Virus record (IMG/VR): IMGVR_UViG_3300028840_008159
Direction: 5' to 3' (one strand)
DNA: 64,000 bases
Source of the DNA: an uncultured virus (IMG/VR IMGVR_UViG_3300028840_008159)
Lineage: Duplodnaviria > Heunggongvirae > Uroviricota > Caudoviricetes
Shown: positions 50,550-60,998 of the stretch, piece after piece
How the letters are laid out: each line of letters opens with the position of its first letter
How positions within the stretch are numbered: the first letter of the stretch is position 1
The notes under the pieces: model-generated
What the model saw: only the letters and a program-made list of their open reading frames with translations
What the model was told of the DNA's origin: nothing
The model's database searches: none
Made by a program: the position numbers and the translations under genes

Positions 50550-51819
50550 ATGCGGGAGAACGCCAGATGACGAAGGTAAGCGGGAACGAACTCGTCGCCG
50601 GCGACTTCTACCAGTTGAAATCCAACGGCATCACGTTCTTCGTGGTGGAGAAATCCCCTGGTGACCTGGTGGCGATCGGGTCAGGCGGAACCAAGTGGTC
50701 GATATCCAGAGGACTGATCAAGGATCGCCTGAGGGCCGACCACGTTAATTTCGTCCCGCTTGGGATGGAGAAGGTCGAGGACATCGCGCCCATGGTTTTT
50801 TTCTCGTCGCGGGCGTTGAGAAAAGCCCCCCCTACACCTACATGGGACACGTGGATCGTAGAAGAGGAGGAGGTCATGCTCGTCAAGGCGATCGACAGGG
50901 TTTACAGGGCGGACGGAAAGCCCGTCGACGGCGTCGAGGGAGGAATGATGATCGAGACGTTCAAGGCGGTGATCGGTTGAAACATCTCAACCCCGTCATC
51001 ATCCAGAGGGGCGTCTTCATCGAGTTTTACCTCGACGGCGCGACAGGCGTGCCATGGGAGCCGTTCTTGAAAACCCAGTTTTCCTACGACTCCCTTTTTA
51101 AGTGGGAGGAGCCGCCGTGGTGGCCGTCGATCCGTATGGTCGTCGAATGCTATTACAGGGCAGGCAGGTGGGAGCAAGGTTGGTTCGGAAAAAGGAGCCC
51201 GATTCATGAATCCTAGGCAATTGCTGGAGTTCGCCGAGAAGCATGGTTGCGCGGACTACGAGATATGCTTCTCCAACCTGGTTTGCGTGGACGAGGAGGA
51301 GGAGCTGACGGGCGTCCTGGACGTTCCCATCCACGGACTGGCCCCCAACGAGGAGACCGAGGAGCTGCGGATCGTCGTGGTGACCGACGACGTGGAACGC
51401 CTGTGCAAGAGGCTCGGGCATCAATGCAGGATCATCCCCATCGAGGACGACGATGATGAAGAAGAAGAGGAGGGGGGGCCCGACTCGGCCGTCGTCTAGG
51501 CGGAACCTATTCTTCGCGGTCGTTTGCGAACGGCTACTAGGGATACAGAAGATGAAGCGTGAGTATGTCTGGCCCCCCATCTACCAGATCGACCCTCCAG
51601 GGGGATTCTCGAATCGCGTGTCCGACATTTTCGACGAGACCTTGCGACCCGTGTTCAGGTACAGACGCTACTTGATCTCGTGGATGGGCGGTTATATAAC
51701 CGTCTGCGCGTGGATGGAGGAGAGCGTCGCCAACCGCGCCCTCAGCGCCATGTCCCCCGAGGGGATCGGGCAAATGAGGCTTCTGATCGAAAACCCGCCC
51801 AGGAAGACCGCCAGGGCGC

Positions 51820-51834
51820 GTGAAAAGAAGGCCC
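51820..51834 (+). promoter_or_regulatory. GTGAAA-AG-AAGGCCC motif copy
   Basis: 25 nt before ATG 51860; identity with the 38322 copy extends to GTGAAAAGAAGGCCCGGCGTGG. Confidence 0.8.
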
Positions 51835-53554
51835 GGCGTGGACGTCGAAGGAGGACGACATGAACATCAATGTCCTGCTCATCGACGAGGAGTACGGGTA
51901 TCAGCGGTGGATCAACTTCCTTACGGACAAGGAGTTTGAGGAAGCCAAGCGTCGCTGGAAGAGCATGAAGGGGCTCAATTGCCTCGTCGGCATCCAGATG
52001 ATATTCCCGAAGGCTCGCAAGAGCACGCTGGCGGAATGGGAGGACTGGGCGGACGCGGACACAAGATCGGCTTCGGCCCCGGAAGGCCATCGGATAATCC
52101 AGGTTCACGTCCACGAATGCGACGACTCCCGGATCGAGGGGTTCGACTGGACGATCCCCGAGGCCGACGTATTCGAGATCGAGGGCGTCAAGTACGACAA
52201 CGAGGACTTGTACGCCATGAACCAGCCTGACGCCGAGGAATAGACATGCCGAAGAAAAAGAGGACGGGACTGGCGCGGGCGTTCGACATGCGAGCCGAGA
52301 GGCTCGCCAAGGCCGAGAAGGACAAGCTCGCCCGGGACAAGGAGCGCGAGGCCAACGTCGGCAAGGCCCTGCAAAGGCTCTACAAGCTCTTCGACCTGAT
52401 GGAGCTTGAACCGCCCAAGGGCGAGGACGTGCCCATCGACGCCGACAAAAGCACGACGAACGCGTTCGTGCGAGCCAAGGCCGAGTTCGACAAGATGCTC
52501 CTGAAGATCAGGGTCGCGTCCAATAAGGACGAGCACTCCTGGCTATACCAGGTGGAGGTATACGCCCCCTACATCCACAACCCGATCAAGAAGTTCTTCG
52601 CCAACGATGACGCCAAGCTCGTTGACGACCTCGTGGTATGGTTCTCCGAACGAAACCCGCTTTAGGAGAGCGAAGATGCCAGAAGACGCCAAGCTCAACA
52701 TCCACATCCACGCGCCAGGAGAGAAGACCGAGAGCCTCACCTGCAACTGGTGCAAGGAGCCCCACGCGGTCGAGCCCTCGTACAAGGAGACGTTCCTCAA
52801 GCGGACCTCGGAGAAGCTGCGGGAGGTCGCCGAAACCCATCCCGAGGTTGAGCTTCCGGACGTCGAGGACGCATGGACCTGCGGCCGATGCATGCTGGCG
52901 ATGATGGGTAAGGAGCCGGGTTTCGTCCGGACGGACTGCCACGAGCACGACGTCCCCGAGCAGTCCGAGATCGGGGGTCAGCTCAGGAATCTCTCCGAGA
53001 TGAGGTAACTGGCGCATGGCCTTCTACAACCTAGCCTGTCACGTGTCCTTCAAGACGAACCCTTGGGTCACGACGTGCCGGCTGAAACCCGGGGACTTTT
53101 TCCGCAACCAGTCGGTCCCCCACGGGAACGTCTACCTGGCGGTCCTCAAGGACGGACGCCTGAACGCCATGTTTCTCGGGGACGACAAGGGCGTCTCGGA
53201 GATGGTCGTCGAACGTCACATGGGGAGCGGCGCCTTGTTCCTGCTGGAGGAAGGGGGCAAGCCGATCTCCACGATGCGCTTTCAGGTCGCAAGCTCGGTG
53301 TTCTTCGACCCGCCCTCCGAGAAAGCGTCCCCTCGTCGTCCTGGTCTGATAGCCCTGGACGAGATGATGACCCCGTGGGACGTCCAGCCGGGCGTCCCCT
53401 TCCTGTCCCTGGTCGACGTCGGCCATGGCGACGAGGAGACCATCGTCGTTCGCTCCGATGGCGGGATCGGCGGACATGTTTTCAACGTGAGCAACGGGGA
53501 ACCGGTTCCCGAGCTGGGTCCCCCGCTCGACTTCTATGCCTTGAGGGTCGTCTT

Positions 53555-53986
53555 CTAGCGAGGCTTCCTGAGGTCCCACTCGACCATCTGGCGATGACGG
53601 AACGCGTCGAAGGGCTCGCTTCTCGCGGGGGCCGCCATGGAGTCCTGTTTCTTCGGTTCGCTCTTCATCGTGCCCTTCGGGACGTCGAAGCTCAGTTCCA
53701 GCTTTCCTTGCGAGAGCAGCATGTTGAAGATGCGCTTGGTCACCTCTAGCTCGTTCTCCGCCACGCGGAGCCTTTCGGTCGTCTCCCGCAACAGGAGCCA
53801 TTGCGCCTGGTTCTCGTCCTTCTGCGCCTCGAGCTGCATCTCGCGCCGAGCGTCGCGACGGCTCATCGACACGATGGTCGTGAACGACCATGCTATGTAA
53901 TATCCGACCAGGAGGGTCAACGCGACGTACGCCGTCTTCCAGAAGAGGGACTTGGACGCCTTCTTGACCTCTATCGTGTCGCTCAT
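53555..53986 (-). CDS. Membrane-anchored coiled-coil protein
   Basis: AGGAGG RBS; one hydrophobic helix then heptad-like region. Confidence 0.7.
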   Translation of the reverse strand: MSDTIEVKKASKSLFWKTAYVALTLLVGYYIAWSFTTIVSMSRRDARREMQLEAQKDENQAQWLLLRETTERLRVAENELEVTKRIFNMLLSQGKLELSFDVPKGTMKSEPKKQDSMAAPARSEPFDAFRHRQMVEWDLRKPR

Positions 53987-55043
53987 GGGCCACCTCCTGC
54001 GAACAAATTCGCGGGGGCTTGACCCGCTCCCTCCACGTGATATCATTCTGGCATGAGGAACTTGTCCTACGAAATGATGCTGCGGCGCATGACCCAGTTG
54101 TCAGGCGAAAAACACGCAAGGAGATGGCGCGTTGCCGTTCGGGGGGCAAGAACCCCGGTCATGGACTGGAGCCTGGTTTGCGACCCTTATCGGGAGGGGA
54201 TTGTCGGGATTACGCGCGTCTACGGGGACCTGCTTCCATGAGACCAACGCCATCCACGAGGCCACACGTGAAACTCTGGCGCATGCAACAACGCATCTGG
54301 GCCAAGATTCTGCGCGCCAACAAGAAACCGGACACGGCCGGGTCTATCGCGGCCGGCCTGACGCGACGCGAGGTATCGTGGCCATGGGAGCGGCCGTGGA
54401 ATTTCTACGCGGGCATCGAGCGGATCAAGTACGACGAGACGCTCAAGCAGATGCCCGCGTCGAGGGCGACGAACGACTTGATCTTGGACTTGGGTTCCCC
54501 GACGATGGGCCCCGGCCCGCGGGTTTGGATAGGCAACGAGCACAGGGACGCGTGGCTGTATTGGAGGTTAAGATGATACCCAAGGTGGAGGAAGATCAAG
54601 GCTTCGTCGTTCGACTATACGACATGTTCGACGGCTGGATCGACGTCTCGGAGCCCGTCTCCAAAGGCGAGGCGTGGAGGATCTGGAACGAGAAGACCGA
54701 CAATGGGACCAAGAACACCGGGTACGCCGACGGAGATTACTACGACATCTTCCCGGCGCATACCGTCATGTGGGATACGCCGGAGCGGAGGGGGAGATGA
54801 AGCGCGAGGTTTGCGGGTGGCGCATCCAGAGCGAGGTGGTCAACCCATGGGGGGAGCATGTCTTGATCAACGCGGACAGAGTACCGGTACAACCCGGGAA
54901 GCGGCCCGCGATTCATCGCGTCGATCACCCGGGGGGCCACCGTGCCCCTCGTCCGAGACCAGGCCAGCGGCCCGTCGGGATGAATCGGGACGCCGGCCTG
55001 ATCCCCGTGTCGTGGTAGGATTAAGGCGAGGAGGAGAAAACGC

Positions 55044-56177
55044 ATGTGGCTATGCTACCTCATCTGTGCCGTCCCCATAGTGGGCGGCTTCGTTGCGTGG
55101 AGGAAGTCCGACAAGGTAACCCTTGCGGAATGGATCGTCCCCTCCGTGGCGTGCGTCATGACGGCGTTCATATGGCACCTATGCATCGTGTGGGGATCGT
55201 CGACGGATCAGGAGACGTGGTCGGGTTACGTTAACCGGGCGGTTCGCTACCCTCAATGGGTGGAGAAGTACCAGCATGCCGTCTACGAGACCAGGCTCGT
55301 CCCCGAGTTCGACTTCGAGAGCGGCACCGTCAATATGCGCCTCAAGAGCGTCTTCTCGCATCACGAGGATAGGTTCAGGACGCATGGCGAGACATGCAAG
55401 GCGTCGGACACGCTGGGGCAGGAGTACGAGATATCGCGGGCCATGTTCGACGAGTACGCCTCGCATTTCGAGCCCCAATCACAGCCCGGGAACAAGCGCG
55501 GCTTCCATCAGGGCGACCCCAAGATATACGTCTGCCGGGGGGACAAGGCGCTATACCCGACGACCATCATCAAGGAATGGACCAACAACGTGAAGAGCGC
55601 GCCTTCCTTGTTCAAGTACGCCGAGATACCCGAGGGGACGAAGGTTTTCGAGTACCCGTTCACCAGCGGGTGGAGCGACTCCAAGAGGCTACTGGGAAGG
55701 GCCGCCGAGAAGGTTGCGATCAACGACTGGGACAGGCTCAACGCCAGGCTGGGGCCCACCAAGAAGGTCAACCTGATCGCCTGCGGCTTCCCCGTCCAGG
55801 GGGACGGCGACTTTTGCATGGCCAAGTACCAGGAGGCGGCGTGGCTTGGGGGGAAGAAGAACGACCTCGTCATATGCTTCGGTGGCTCGCCGGAACAGCC
55901 GTCGTGGGTCAAGGTATTCGGATGGACCGAGAGAGACGCGTGCAAGAGGAACCTCGAGGACATCGTCCTCAAGGAAGGTTTCCTTCCCGCGACGCTAACG
56001 TCCATCGAGAAAGAGGTCTCGGACAACTACGAGATCAGGGATTGGTCCGCCATGGACTACCTGGGCGTCGAGCCCTCCGGCTGGGCGTACTTTACCCTGG
56101 TCATGATACTGGTCGTCACGCAGGGGGTCATGTGGGCCATCGCTCTCAGGAACGACGTGGACAAGAAAGGGGCTTGA
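55044..56177 (+). CDS. Membrane protein (2 N-terminal and 1 C-terminal helices, large soluble loop)
   Basis: Hydrophobic termini; DQETWSGYV, AWLGGKKNDLVICFG. Confidence 0.75.
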   Translation: MWLCYLICAVPIVGGFVAWRKSDKVTLAEWIVPSVACVMTAFIWHLCIVWGSSTDQETWSGYVNRAVRYPQWVEKYQHAVYETRLVPEFDFESGTVNMRLKSVFSHHEDRFRTHGETCKASDTLGQEYEISRAMFDEYASHFEPQSQPGNKRGFHQGDPKIYVCRGDKALYPTTIIKEWTNNVKSAPSLFKYAEIPEGTKVFEYPFTSGWSDSKRLLGRAAEKVAINDWDRLNARLGPTKKVNLIACGFPVQGDGDFCMAKYQEAAWLGGKKNDLVICFGGSPEQPSWVKVFGWTERDACKRNLEDIVLKEGFLPATLTSIEKEVSDNYEIRDWSAMDYLGVEPSGWAYFTLVMILVVTQGVMWAIALRNDVDKKGA

Positions 56178-56178
56178 C

Positions 56179-57872
56179 ATGGGAAAATCTAAATCGCCAG
56201 CGGTCCTGGGCGCCCGTTTCGACGTGTTTTTCGGTAACAGGCAAGTCAGGTCGTGGACCAAGAACGAGGATGACCCGAAGAAAAAACACTTCCGCGTGGG
56301 CATCCCGGTCCTGTTGAAGCCCGGTGGCGCCTTCGACGAGGTATTCGAGGAGATATTCTCCAAGTCTCCCATCGTCATCCACGTCCCGCATTTCAAGTCG
56401 GAGGCTTTGGAGTACCATGATTGTATCCTCGTCGAATTCGTCATGCGGGCCGCGCCCGGCAACCGCGTCGAGGTCGAGTTGACGTTCGCCTATCGGATCA
56501 AGAAGAAGGTCAAGGCAAAACCCGAGCTCGCCAATTCGTTTCCCCGGAAGGTCATGACGTGGGAGGACGTGCCGAACTTCATCGCGTTGGCATCGAAGGT
56601 CGTCGAGACGCAGACGGAGGTCAAGAGACTCGAAAACGAAATCCAGGAATTGCTCGCGCAGGAGGACTTGTGATGGTTCGGGTCGCCGACGACGATCCAG
56701 ACGACGATCCAAATAGGAAGGCCATCCGTTTCTACGCCAACATCCAGCCAGCCGAGGCGGCCCCGGTCAAGCACAAGGGCAACGCCTGCTTCTACCTATA
56801 CGCTTACGACACGGAAGGCTTCAAGTGCAAGCTGCGAGGCGGGGCGATAACCGAGAAGGCGATGCGGGCTTTTGGGATGCGGTGGTTCGGCACCGGCACC
56901 GACATGAGGCTCCCCTTCGCGACGTTCCTGGGGGATGACGTGGGTGAGATGGCGGAGATCAACTACGGGTGGCCGGACGTCCGAGCGTGAACGGGAGATA
57001 AGCCGTGAATAGGCAGGTGGGCCGTTTCCAGGAAGGGATTGATTTCGGACTCGTGACGAAAACGATGTCGGGCTTGTACGAGAAATTCCCGCTCCGTTCC
57101 GACCTACGACATCGAGTCGTACCCGGTCTCGGTCCGATGTTTCATCCGGTCGCGTTCATGGAACATGATGCCCTCCGTCGGGCCGGCGCCCCCATCGGGG
57201 TTGCCCGGTTACATATTACATAGATAGGAGATGGACGTGAAACGGACCCCGTTGGAAGCGGCAATGTGCAGAATCGATTTCGAAGTATGGCGCCACGTTT
57301 GGAAGAAATGTTCCGACGTTGGCGCCCCCGCGCCATACGAGGCCCCATGGTCGTCCGGGCGCGAGGATTTCATGACGTCAGGACTTAGAGGTCGCTGGTC
57401 GGAAAAGGAGTTCGCGACGATAGATTTTCGGATAGATTTTCGGACTTTCGGCGAGCCTGGTCGTAAAACATAGGGACACAGAATGGACATCGTCATCTCC
57501 AGCAGACGTGCATACCACCGGGAATTGTTCCGCATTCCGGTCGCCTTCGACGCGGGCATGGGGGATGATAGCTTCGATCCGTTCTGTTACATCCTGATGA
57601 AGGACGTGGAATATAGGTTCCCGCGCTATCGGCACTTGATCGATAAGATAATGCCGTTCCCCATGACCTTGAAGATTCTCGTGTTCGAGAACGCCAGGAT
57701 GGCCGAGATCGAGGAGTTCGTCTGCGCCCTGGCCGAGCAGTACGCCGAGAAGGAGGAGCGCGTCGTGACGTCCAACCCCTGCGGTGAGATAGGGTTAGGC
57801 GACGGCCTGGACCAGGCATGCCTCGACTGCATTGAGTTCGAAGAGGAAAATGACACGGAGGGGCGGTGGTGA
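56179..57872 (+). other. Short hypothetical CDSs (56179-56673, about 56673-56990, 57005-57223, 57231-57473, 57483-57872)
   Basis: Tandem ORFs. Confidence 0.55.
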
Positions 57873-57883
57873 AACTAAGGCCC
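57869..57883 (+). promoter_or_regulatory. GTGAAA-CT-AAGGCCC motif copy
   Basis: Contains the upstream TGA stop; 28 nt before ATG 57912. Confidence 0.8.
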
Positions 57884-57911
57884 GTCCAGAGAAGAGAAAG
57901 GAGATTTGACG

Positions 57912-58118
57912 ATGAGACGATTTGATGGAAGCACCGCTCGATGGCGGCGTTGTCCCGAACCCCAGAGATTCGCCTCGGACTTGCCACCGCGGAGCGTCCG
58001 GGCCATCCGAAGGGCGAGGCGCCGGGGCGTCTCGTGGCGCAATCTAGAAAGACAGTTCAACCTCGCCCGCTGCCATGGCATGACTGCCTACCGAGCGTTC
58101 TACAGGAAAATACGCTAG
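57912..58118 (+). CDS. Small basic HTH-like protein, paralog of 60697-60954
   Basis: GVSWRNLERQFNL..GMTAYRAF. Confidence 0.75.
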   Translation: MRRFDGSTARWRRCPEPQRFASDLPPRSVRAIRRARRRGVSWRNLERQFNLARCHGMTAYRAFYRKIR

Positions 58119-58121
58119 GAA

Positions 58122-58136
58122 GTGAAACCAAGGCCC
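58122..58136 (+). promoter_or_regulatory. GTGAAA-CC-AAGGCCC motif copy
   Basis: 21 nt before ATG 58158. Confidence 0.8.
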
Positions 58137-58157
58137 GGCTGTCGGACCAGGAGAAAG

Positions 58158-58265
58158 ATGAAATTGCTGATCCTCTCCCTGATTTGCGTGATCGTCGGGC
58201 TTCCCGTCGTGTGGGGCTTGACGCGGTGGGCGAGGTGCCTCGGCAAGGGTCAGTTTTGGGAATAA
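58158..58265 (+). CDS. 35-aa single-helix membrane peptide (not in the ORF track)
   Basis: AGGAG RBS; MKLLILSLICVIVGLPVVWGLTRW... Confidence 0.6.
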   Translation: MKLLILSLICVIVGLPVVWGLTRWARCLGKGQFWE

Positions 58266-58279
58266 TGGGAGGAACGACG

Positions 58280-59026
58280 ATGGGAACGAGATCATTGGTC
58301 CGCGTCTACGACGAGGAAGACAGGGAAATCTTCTGCCTGTACCGGCAGTTCGACGGCTATCCCTCCGGCATGGGAAAGGACCTCGCCGAGGCTTGCAAGG
58401 TCAGGCTGGTCAACGGGATGACGGATCACGAGCCCGACCAGGCCAACGGCATGGGTTGCCTCGCGGCCAGGATCGTGGCCATGCTCAAGGTCCAGTGGGA
58501 GGACAAGTCCTACGTCAAGGCCAAGGCTCCCTGCATCCAGCCGGGCAACGTCTACCTTCACGCCCCCGGCCTGGAGGACTGCGGCGAGGAGTTCGAGTAC
58601 CACGTTCGTTGCGTCCTGGACAAGAAGAACGCCTCGGACCCCGTGGACCTGCGTCGTTCCCCGGGCAAGATCGTCCTCTCCTGCTACGTGGTATACCATC
58701 CCGACTTCGACATCGAGAAGGGGGAATTAGGCAAGCGAGAGCTTTTCCCGCTCGCCGAGAAGGTCGCCCCCGCGAAGCTCGTCGCCTTGGCCGAGAAGGG
58801 CCAGAAGAAGTACTCCGTACACAGGGCGGCCCTCGACATGGACAAGAAGTTCAAGGGGGAGCCCTGGTACTGCTCGACCGCCATCGCCAACGACGCGCTC
58901 GTGGTCCTTTGCCACAAGAAGCCCCCGCTCAGGAAGGTTCCCAAGACTTGCGAGTGGGACGAAGAGATCAAGGTCAAGACGCGGGTCATCGGCAAGGCCA
59001 AACCCTCTAGGAAGAAGAGAAAATGA
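58280..59026 (+). CDS. Conserved phage-type hypothetical protein
   Basis: MGTRS..LYRQFDGYPSGMG..NGMGCLAA..EFEY. Confidence 0.75.
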   Translation: MGTRSLVRVYDEEDREIFCLYRQFDGYPSGMGKDLAEACKVRLVNGMTDHEPDQANGMGCLAARIVAMLKVQWEDKSYVKAKAPCIQPGNVYLHAPGLEDCGEEFEYHVRCVLDKKNASDPVDLRRSPGKIVLSCYVVYHPDFDIEKGELGKRELFPLAEKVAPAKLVALAEKGQKKYSVHRAALDMDKKFKGEPWYCSTAIANDALVVLCHKKPPLRKVPKTCEWDEEIKVKTRVIGKAKPSRKKRK

Positions 59027-60700
59027 GCCTCAAGAAACTCAGCGCGGCCATCCTCGCGTACGACGAGGCCAAGAAGGCCTACGATCAATTCCAAGGTTGG
59101 GGCCCCGACCGATCCGAACACGAGCTGGAATGCGAGCTCAGGACCGCGCTCGGCCATCGCGAGCGCGAGGTCATCGAGGCCGCGAGGGGCGTCGTCACCC
59201 ACTCGTTCGAGGTCGTCGTCGAGGAGGAGATCACGTACGACATGGCCAAGAGGCTATACGAGAAATGCAAGGACTGCAACGCGGGGAGGGCTTGTGGGCT
59301 CAATTACGTCTCGTTCGACAGCGTGGCCCCGAGCCGCGACGAGGCCGTCAACATGGCCGTCGAGGTCCTCGAGAACTTCGGTATGACCGTCAAGGGGATC
59401 GATTACAAGGAGGAGAACGATGGGTGACTTCAGCCTGGCTTGCGGTGCCACGGGCGTCTCGTTGATGAACGTCCGGGTCGTCCTGATCCCGCTGCTCAAA
59501 ACCCGGTTCACGGACTCGTTCGAGAGCGGCGCGCACCTCGTGACCAACGAGGGGGCGTACCATTACTACCACCCCATTACCCTCCCCATATTCGGGACGC
59601 TTGACTCCTACGGTCGGCTAGAGGATATCGAGCGCGACGCCAACGTAGAGTTCCTGGAGAAGAAGCTGGGCGTCCCCATCGAGACGTTCGCCGAGGCTTG
59701 CTCAACGGGCCTCGAGGGGGACGAGTACGAGAAGATACTGACGGCCCTGATCGGCCCCCTCGACCCCAAGACGATCCGCGTCGCCTTCCATCAGGACCAC
59801 CTGCGACAGGTCGGCGTCACCGACAAGAAGATCGTCGAGCGCGAGGCCAAGCGAGTCAGGGCCGAGGAGGTTGAGAAGGAGAAGGCGCGTCGCCGGACGA
59901 TCCTGCGCGGGATGATCGTCCACCGGGACGCGTGGGACCACATGACTACCACCTCGTTCCGCGACTACGACGGCGCACCGGACTGGTCCATGTGGGACGA
60001 CCATTACCATTCGTTCTCCGCCGCGACCTTGGAGTTCCTAGGGTTCGAGACCTTCAAGGGGAGGGGAAAGGGCGTCCATTTCAAGCACCCCGATATTCAC
60101 GGTCTCGTGGCCGTCGTCGACGACGACGTGGAATTCCGAATCGGCAATCGCAAGGAGACTTACATCCATTCCGTCGAGTCCCTCGAGAAGTTCATGTCCT
60201 CCTCCAAGAGGAAGGGCGTCTCCAAGTCGCTTCCGCGGGAGGTTCGCGAGCTGGCGAAGAAGACGCCCGCGAGGCTGTCGGGGCTCATGAAACGGCTTTC
60301 CGAAGGCAGATTGAGGCTGTCGTCGACTGCTGACTACGAAAGGATCAACGACCTGTACGGCGAGAAGATCGCGACTCGAAAGCTGAAACCGGGGATGTCC
60401 ATGAAGGACGTCGAGCACCATCGCAAGCGCATGAAGGACATCGACGTCGATCCAGGTAACCGCATCTCCTTGGACATGGAGAACGCCATGTACTATGATC
60501 GCAAGGTGATCCATGGGTTCTTCCTGAACGCCCTGGCCGACCTGAGCTCGTTCACCCTCTACCTAATGAGCATCAACCGGATGTACGCGCCGACCTACAA
60601 CGGCCCCCAGTACGGAAACTTCCACGCGACCAAGGAGATCGCGGAGTTGACGGCCAGGATCGCGGGCGAGAAGATCAAGGAACGAGAGGAGGACGAATGA
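59023..60700 (+). other. Two hypothetical CDSs (59023-59427, 59420-60700)
   Basis: Coupled ORFs; MGDFSLAC..LPIFGTLDSYG. Confidence 0.7.
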
Positions 60701-60954
60701 GCGAGACGGGAAACCGCCACCGCAGGCTGAGCCCCGCGGACTCGGCGGCCATGGTAAGATACCTCAGCGACATGACGCGACGGTCGCGGAGCGTTCTCGA
60801 CCTCAAGCCACGAACGTTCAGGGCCATCTGGATGGCAAGACATAAAGGCATGTCATGGCGAAAGATAGAGAGAAAGTTCAACCTGCTGCCCAACAACGGG
60901 ATGACAGCGTACCGGGCGTTCCACCGCGCCATGCGGCAACCCGGCGGACCATAG
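60697..60954 (+). CDS. Small basic HTH-like protein, paralog of 57912-58118
   Basis: GMSWRKIERKFNL..GMTAYRAF. Confidence 0.75.
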   Translation: MSETGNRHRRLSPADSAAMVRYLSDMTRRSRSVLDLKPRTFRAIWMARHKGMSWRKIERKFNLLPNNGMTAYRAFHRAMRQPGGP

Positions 60955-60968
60955 TGAAACGAAGGCCC
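60954..60968 (+). promoter_or_regulatory. GTGAAA-CG-AAGGCCC motif copy
   Basis: Abuts the upstream stop; 30 nt before ATG 60999. Confidence 0.8.
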
Positions 60969-60998
60969 ATCCCCTAGCTAGGACAAGGAGGAGGACGG

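Larger units (their letters stand above)
45384..53558 (+). other. Long run of short hypothetical CDSs, including PGD-family paralogs 50567-50980 and 53016-53558; one short minus-strand ORF at 47578-47829
   Basis: Tandem ORFs, mostly with RBS or stop/start coupling; sigma70-like promoters at 45340, 47867, 49837. Confidence 0.6.

Noticed and set aside
33734..60968. GTGAAA motif or short tandem repeats as a CRISPR array
   Set aside because: Copies are 15 bp, dispersed over kilobases and separated by genes; no regular repeat-spacer period and no cas genes
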